From: Antedon mediterranea | Taxonomy: Eukaryota > Animalia > Echinodermata | Assembly (NCBI RefSeq): GCF_964355755.1 | Contig: NC_092678.1 | Span: forward strand, 9,130,422-9,194,421 | Reading direction: 5' to 3' | DNA length: 64,000 nucleotides | In this document: positions 38,901 through 47,900 of the stretch, piece after piece | Numbering within the stretch: the first letter of the stretch is position 1 | Layout of the letters: each line of letters opens with the position of its first letter | The notes under the pieces: generated by a model | Seen by the model: the letters and a program-made list of their open reading frames with translations, nothing else | Told to the model about the DNA's origin: nothing | Databases searched by the model: none | Translations under genes and position numbers: made by a program

Positions 38901-41900
38901 AAAATTAATACCAAAAGACCACCAAATGATAAAAAACTTGTTGGTAATTGTATTTAGTCCGCTATTTTATATGTGACATACTCAAAAGCAGTATATGATA
39001 TAACAGGCCCGTAGCCAGGATGCATCAAAGGGAGTTATGCTGAACACATATTTTTCGACCACAGTGAGCAACTTATGGCTGGGGGAAATGGTGCCGTCAA
39101 GAGCCCTGGTGGCTATGGCTCTCAGAGTAATTTCAGATAATTTACTAGCTCTCAGTATAGCCTATAGGTGTGAGAATATTTACCTTAAATTTTGTGTTTT
39201 TTAGTCACTTGTGATGCAAAAAAAATTGGTTATTGTTCTCGAGTTTGAATTTTATAGAGTGTGGAAAATACGCCTTTTTCACAAAACGGAAAAAATCGAT
39301 AACAAACAATGCTGTGCAAGGAAGCGTAACCAACAGAAATAACAAATAAATACCGTATATAATACAATATTTTTTTAATATTGTATATACGGTCAGAACG
39401 GTGCTCGCAAAAATGTATTTTGCCCCACCAAATTTGTAGATGTATTTTTATTGTGTACCCTTTTCTGCTGCCAATTATGTGGGGAACAAAGATTTTGGAA
39501 AAATTAAAAGGGAACAGGACAGCCAGATTTAGAGAGATAAATAAAAGGAGAGTATGGGATGTGGACTTGAAATCAAGTAAAAAAAAAACAAAAAGCTACT
39601 GTGAAAGCAGATGTAAAACATCGCCAAAGATTTGAGCAGAAAGGAATAACTTTCCCTCATTTTAGGGGATTGAAGGGCAAGGTTGGGTAAAAATGAGGAA
39701 TTTTAATACGACCACCCAATAGTACTTCTAGCAGAAACAGGGTATTCAAAATACGGATTCAGTAAATATGCCATATTTTATTCCATATTTTGAGGATATG
39801 CAGCAGAAACAGGCCCTATGTTAATTTAAAAATCAAAAAAAAAAAAACATTATTGAAATGAATAAAAAAAATTTAAAAAAATAGTTGATCACCTAAAATT
39901 CATTAAGCATAGGTGGTGGTACACTAAATTGTTCACCATGTGTGATACCACCTTTTTCTTCACAGTGCAGTCCCGGTGCCTATATGCTTAATGCACTGGG
40001 GGTTTTTTTCTGTTGGATATTAGGCGATCAAAACAATTTTCACATTTTGTAAAAATCTGATATGATATAGGCTAAGACTGAAAACATTACAATACGAGTT
40101 TTGTCCCAAAAACTGTATGTTAATTAAGGAATTACAAATTTTTAAGTAACCTCTAAAAATATGCTCATCGCACTGCGTTGCTATTTCTGTTGGTTACGCT
40201 TCCCTGCACAGTATTGTTTGTCATTGATCAAGATGTCTTCCACCTCGTGGAAAAAGCGTCTCAATAGCTAAAGCCTGGCCAAAGCACGCGATTGGTCAGT
40301 CTATTACTGTTAAAATTCATAACCAAATCTCTCTACTGCTGCCTAATGCCTTTTTGTTTTTGAGTTCTACTTTTAAAATCAGACTATTTTGATCACTACA
40401 AAATAAATGAACAAATAACCTTACACATCAATGCTGCTATAATTGATATTATTGTTGGAAGTTTTGATAGTGGGCCTTTTGTTTTTTCAAGGGGTTTGTG
40501 GCAAAAGGAGAGGGGACACGAAACCTTGACTACGGGCCTGTATAATATGTAACTAATGTTTATTAAGAAGCCATGTATTAGATTAGAAAATACCGCAAAG
40601 CATGAGATAACATGATTTTGATATTCTGTATAAATTTACCAGCTTACATTCAAACAATCTAAAAGGTGCTCAGGGTCCGTCAACTCCCTGTCCTTAATAA
40701 TAAAAAAACATTAATATGTAATTATTATTATATAATATTATATGTTCATTATATAGAAAAAAAAAATAATAATCTACAACTACTATGGTATGTGCTGTAA
40801 TGCCCTGAGAGATCAATATCAAAGAACACACAGCCAATTGTTTGCATGATAAAATAACACCAGTATTTAATAAAGCAAATTCATTTCCTTTGGAAACATG
40901 GTTTAAATCACTAAATCACAAAAGGTTCATATATCTTAGATTGATTGTGAGTGGACAGTTGACTTTTGAGCCAGACTCACAAACCTCTCTAATATGGAAA
41001 CCATTTTGTGCCCATTTGCCCAACATGATTAAAAAAAGTCCACAGTTTTTTAATTTCTGTATCTGTAACCTTTGTAATATTATTGTACCAAGGAAGAGTA
41101 AAATTACATGGAAAACTCACAAGCTGTGTTAATCCAATTAAATCGCTATTGTTCTCTATTGTTTTGTGAATAAATAGTATTACTGAAAATGCTGCCACCA
41201 ACCTGTAAATTTGTAGATTTGTTACCAGTAATTTTTTCAAAAAACATTTTTTATTTTATAAAAAAAATAAGTGTGACTGATTTGAGACTAGTTTGCACGC
41301 ATTACAGTTTACACAAGCGTCCCCATCGTTTTTTAAATCAGCATTTTGGGACCAAAGCCTAAAACTGCCTAACTTCTAGCTAAAATATTTGAAACTATTA
41401 ATATCTATATTGTGGTCCAATTTTTATTTGAGATCAGTTAAGACCAAAAAGCAAAAACTCATGATTTCTGAACCACTTTTAGTCAGGTTCAGTGTGATCG
41501 GTGAGCTGAGTGGTAGGCTTCACCCACTTTTTCTGAAGCGCTGTGCTCTTCTAGCTAGGCTTCCTATGCTGTTGGGCAATAGTTACTATTATGTCTTAAT
41601 GCAGGAAAGAGTGTAATTTTTTCCTTAATTTTAGTTTATTAAATTTGTTATTATTAAAAAAATACAAATTTACCATGCTAACATCAAATTTAGGTATAGG
41701 CCCTAAAATTCTAGCCTTAATAAAATGTATTTAGGTCTAAATAAGTTAGCTACTGTTTTTTTATTGTTAGTTAATTAGCCATAGGTCTACAGCCTGTGTT
41801 GCAGTAATAATGTTGGATAGCCCTATATTATTAAATATATATATCACTTATATATAGACGGTATTCTTTCCATGTAAGTAGCCTGGCCGTTTCGATCAAT

Positions 41901-44900
41901 TTGCTTTGATCGTCCTCAGGAGTGAGAATGTATGTTCTCAGGAGTAAGAATGAACATTCTCATTCTCACTCCTGAGCATAGAAGAGAAACTCAACAGTTC
42001 TTTTTCAGAACTAACATACGTGGTGTACCGCAAACTTATATCAACATTATCATCGTTGATAAAAAAGCAATAATTCCTCAAGAGTGAGAATGTTCATTGT
42101 CACTCCTAAGAACGTACATTCTCACTCCTGAGGATGTTCAAAGCATATTGATCGAAACGTCGAGAAACTCAACAGTTCTTTTTCAGAACTAACATACGTG
42201 GTGTACCACAAACTTATATCAACATTTGATTTCGCCATGCAAACATTCAAACAAGGAAGATAATGCAATACATTAATTTCAAGCAGGGAAAATCCTAGGT
42301 ACAGTATATGAAATGAAAGCTGGGTGAACCTGCAGGAAGAGTAACTCTGTTGTTGTGGCTGTGCTGCTCTTGTTGTTATTATTAATGTTGGGACAATATT
42401 ATAATTATTAATACAATCAGTGTGGTTCAAAACATACAACTTACAATTAGGTTAGCTAGTAGACAGGTAGCCTAGCCTATACTTCATGAAATGTGGATAA
42501 AGAACACTGATCAGCATACAAAAACGATGATACTAGTACTGCACTTCTAGACCGACTAGGCCTAGATAAATATATTTTACAGAAATTTGCGATATCCCTG
42601 TAAAGAAAGTTGCGTGTCCAGACCAAGTGGTTGCTGGGCTGTGGTGGTTCCGGCGATGACATCAGTGTAGCGGTCACTGACACGATGGAAAGACAGTTCT
42701 TGGCATGCGCAAACAATTACGTCGTCTTGAGTACACATCCATTGATTATGTAATGTAAGCTTAGTGAGTTTCCATGTCATTTCACCTTTCCCTCATAGTA
42801 CTAATTCATTAACATTTTTTTTATATTAGTTAGAATTTATAGTGTATATTTTATTGATAGTATATTAATTGAAATTCAGAAATATGTCAACAACAGTAGA
42901 CACAAACTACACATTTAAAGATGTTGTTTGTTGAATATGCCATTTTAATGTCACCTAATAGTTATGTATTATGTAAAATGTATTTAATAATAATAATAAT
43001 ACGAATTTGTAATGCGCCAATTCCAGCAGTAAGTGATCAAAGTATGAGAGAGCTCAATTTGAAGGAAAAAGAAGAGTTTTCAAGGCAGATAGGTTTTTAA
43101 TTGAATTTAACCATTTATTTTATCATCATTTTATAAGTCAAAACATTTTTAGGGGTTTTTTCTACAGAAGTGATTAACTTTATTAAAATTACAAAATAAT
43201 CTATCCAAAGTCTGATTTTATTAATCTTTATTTTTCATGTTTTTGGGAGACAATACATCTTTAATATTCTTTACTGAACAATTTGGCCATTTCCATAATA
43301 TTCTTAAAATTTGCTAAAGAATTTCCAATTTTGCCAAAAAAAAATCGCGTGAGCGTATTTATGAGCTGTGTTTATCATGCAACACGTGAGAGGTTTATAT
43401 CCGGTTAAATGTAAGACATTCGATGAATTTTTAACAATATTTTTTCTATCAAATAAAAATGTTATTTTATACATACCTGAAGATTTTCATCGTCAATAAC
43501 TAAAATTGAATCGATAAAAACTCCAGAGATTAACTGCTTAGTAGGCTTGTGTGAATCTGGAATTAGATAGTCCCTGCACAAAAACAAAATGAGAAAAAAG
43601 TGATTAAAGATACAGTAATCCCTGAAATAAAAACTGAAATGCATACAAAATTATTGAATGTGAATGAGGTTTGCCTTAATTAATATGTTGATATATTGAT
43701 ATGATATATTGTTTGTGAATAATAATTTAAACAAGCAATTTCGAAAATTGAATGGGATTAAACAAATATGTACATATTTAATAGTAGGTGCTTATTTGAA
43801 GCAAATCCAAATTTTGATAACATTCTTAAACTTGGCAGTTATTCATTGGGGTATCGAAAACATTAAATTGAAGGGTTGCCCAAAACAATTAATACTGATC
43901 ATTTTCTTCCATTACTCCCATCAGAAAATGCAGTTTTAATAGTTTCCTTAGACCCAAAATACTTAAAATTTGGTTAGAAGCATGAAAATTGGTATGGTTA
44001 CTCAAAATTCGCAACTTTTAAGATTTGAGGCTATTTGCAATTTTACTTCAGATAATGTTTGATTTCTCAGAACTTGTAAACCGTACATCCTAGGAAAATA
44101 ATGGAAAATAATGCACAAGTACTACTTTTAAATAGAAACATGCATTTAATTGAATACTTTGGGAGTTATTGAAAAATAATGGATCTGGGCATATCGGGCG
44201 AACATTCAAAATCGTAAAAAGATGCCATTTGAGTGTGTATTGGTAATCACATCAACATAGCAATTATGTCATAGAAAATAAGAAACAAACCATTCTTTTT
44301 CATTAATATGTTTATAAAGCTCACGTACCAAAAGAAATATCATACAGTATATAACATGGTAAAAATCAAATAAGTGTAACAAAAATCAGTTTTCCTGATT
44401 GGTGTAATAATAGGTATCCCAATGAAGCGGATTTTCGTTACGGCGATTCGAAAAAGTGATGTTAAAGATTTACAATTTCTTATTTACAGGTACCCATGTG
44501 AAATCCTTCAAATTTTGATAACATTCTTAAACTTGGCAGTTATTCATGAAAACATAAAATGGAAGGGTTGGCAAAAACAATTAATACTGATCATTTTCTT
44601 CCATTACTCTGAGCATGCTCGAGTAGAGACAACACCTACCTTTTACACACAGGGGAAAAAGATCTTAAATTCAGACTAAAGGTTATACAGTAGCCAACAA
44701 ATTCTACTACTTAAAAAAAAATGCCATTTTTCAAGCAAAACTTTCGAATGGATAATCCGATTTCAATTTCAGTCTTGTCTGATTGTTACGTCCTGCCTGG
44801 CACCATAAACACAATGTGCATTGGGCCGGATCTTATCGGACTATACACTTACGTTGCTTTAATTTTCTAAAAGGTAATTTAGTTCTACTTTGCGCAGCCA

Positions 44901-47900
44901 ACGAAGTGGTAAGCATGGTAAACATATCTAAATCCCTTCACCTTGTCTACTAGAATTGGGGTTGTTTTCATATGGTGGGCTCCCTTGTTGTTTTTTCATT
45001 GACATGTTGTGGAATAAATACTGCACCTAGTTTGCATAAGATATGTATTGTTTCTGCTGACTTTACGTGTAGGTGTAGTATGCCCTCCTTATGAAGATGT
45101 TTACCAAAACTCCTCCACTATTCTGCTCTAGTCTTAAAACTGGTTTACACATGCGCAGTACTGTCTCTCGTACAATTCCTCCACATGTAAGTATTGGTTA
45201 ATTTTCAATTGAATTATTATGAAATCAGTAATTAAAAGAGTACAACTTGCATACAGAGCACCCATTGTCCTAAGATTGAGAAAGTTCTCATTGAAATTTT
45301 AGCAGTCAATACGCTCCATCCATACGTCAAAGTATACTTTACCACTTTAATGCTTCTAGGCCATGTACTGTCTCCTTTTTCATCACTATCAGTTCTTTTA
45401 ATTTGCATATTATAAATTCATAGGGGTCATCTGGTGTTTGTACAGCTAGACTTGTAATCACAGACTACACAAAAAAGAAATAAAATATAAAAATGACATA
45501 ATTAAATCTCCACTCAATGGTAAAATACATTCATGAAATTATACAAGATGGCAGGTTTTTCAAAGATAAAAAATTGAAGTGCAAAAAGTGTATAGCAAAA
45601 AAAGCATAACAGCACTGCATGTAAATCTAATTGGACTGGCGCTGCACGATTTACGAGTATGAACAAGTCGTCTGCACACCGCGTCCCCATTTAAAATAAA
45701 ACAAAACAAAAACACACCACTTTCCGGTACCCGATTTCGTCGATAAACAAAAACAACGATGTTGGTTATGCTTCATTGCACAGCTGTGTTTGTCATCGTG
45801 TCATATATTTTTCGGATTACAACTGTTTTTGTGATTACTATACGTATAGTTGGGGAGCCAGAAAGGGTTTACGTGCACCATCTAGCAAACTATGATAACA
45901 ATGTTTTTTTGCTTCCTTATTATATCAATACAAATCAATTTTTTGCTGTTGGCCGAAAAAAAATTGGGATGCTTGGTCAGTACAGCGGCCAAAAGGTCAA
46001 AGTTAGAACTGTGCGTAACTTGGTAACTACAGTACTAGGTGTATTGGAATATTTTGTGCCAAACTACTCAGAAGACCCATATTTCTATTCACTCTAATGG
46101 GAAACTTTTGCCAAAAGTGGACAGAAACCCATTTTCTGACCACTGGTCAAGAAATTGGCCATATGAATATCTCATCAACCACTTTTCAGAAAGTGATAAT
46201 TGTGGTCTCAAATTACTCGCAAAGTATATGTTTAATATTTGTTCTTATAATGTAATAAAAATTATAAAACTGTCCATAAACCACTAATTTTGACCTTTGA
46301 CATATACTAGCCGGCACAAATATTTTTGGCTTGTTTGGAGCACACTTTTCATATCAGAAATTGTTGGGCGGATATGGTCATAGTTGGTGTCAAAACACTC
46401 AGAAGATATATTTCTATTCACTTTAATGGACAACTTTTGCCAAAAATGAACATGAAACTTTATTTTTGATCATTGGTCAAGAAAATAGCCATATCAATAT
46501 CTCAGCAACCACTAGTCAGAAAGTGATAGTTTTGGTCTCAAAATACTAGAAATGAATATGTTTAAAAAAAATAACAAGTTATGAAAAAGTGGAGCCTTTC
46601 TTTTCAGGTATCACATGATAAATTGAAACGTTTCCACAACACACCATACGGTAAGCTACTCCAGGCCCGTATTAAACTAGTTTTTATAGAGGGGTTCGCA
46701 TTTGAAAGCTTTTGGTTGACCTACCAATTACGATTAATTTGTATGTGTCTATTAAATTTCCAATAAACCGGCTCTGTGGATGGTTTTCAGTGGAAGAGGT
46801 GGCGATTACAGTAGGAGGGAGTTCTCAACCTCAGCCCCCATCGTGTTCGGATTGAGTAAGGATATTTTGATAATATGGACCGACCTATAGTTGATCATAA
46901 ATTAAGTTATGTAAAATTTGTATCAAAGTTCCAGCTTGGAGTCAATTGTATAAAACCTTAAAAAGTCATTTGAATCTGAAATATACACATACGTAGGTTG
47001 AGCTAATTTCAATGGTAGGGGCGGTTAAGCGAAGGGGTCTTCTGCACCACCTCAGTCCCATCATGGTTGGGGCTGAGGTAAGAAATGGAAACATGGACCT
47101 TTTAGTTGGTACAATCGTATCAAACTTCTCAATTATTTAACAATAATGTTGTTGTTTGTACTGTCTACTTTTAATTTATGGATAGGGAAAGTCACGCCGT
47201 CTCCACACACATAGACTTCCCAATTAATCATTATGCTATAATACCAAATTTAAACTCTTGCAATATTTCACTTTAAAGCTATACCCACTTTCTTTCTTGC
47301 TTGTGTTTAAAATTATGAAAATCTAAAGACAAATCAAATAAAACCGTTACTACAGTAGTATGACTATGCTATTATAATCCTAAAGGACATTATTGTTATT
47401 ATTATTTGTCATCCTCCTTTAATTTGTTGGATTTACTAATAATTTAAGAAGCAAATAAATGAATGAACATTGCATAGTAAACCATCATACTACATTAGTG
47501 TGCATGTGATTTTAATAGTATCCTAAATATAGGTTTGTGAATAAAGAAATTACTATGCAACTAATTTAAATATTTTTGTTTATTTTTATTAAAAATATTC
47601 AATATAACTAAGTATGTTGCATCAAACAGCTTATTGGAATGGAGTGAAACATTGGAACATCTGAACTAAACAAACCTAAGTTCTTTAGAATTAAATAATT
47701 AATTTTTAGTTTTAATTAAAATCACATAACTGAGTAGTATGAATGATGTTGAATGTTTAGTGTACAATGTAATAACAAACATGGTAAGCTTCTTAATTAG
47801 TATTAGTTATAAATTAGTATAAGTTAGTGATTCCAACAAAAAGGAGGACGAGTAAATAAACAATATCTATAATATAGTCATACTACGGTTACTTTGATTT

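Noticed and set aside
44784-45190. Solo LTR starting TGTTACG
   Set aside because: AATAAA is present, but no matching CA end with a TSD could be identified.
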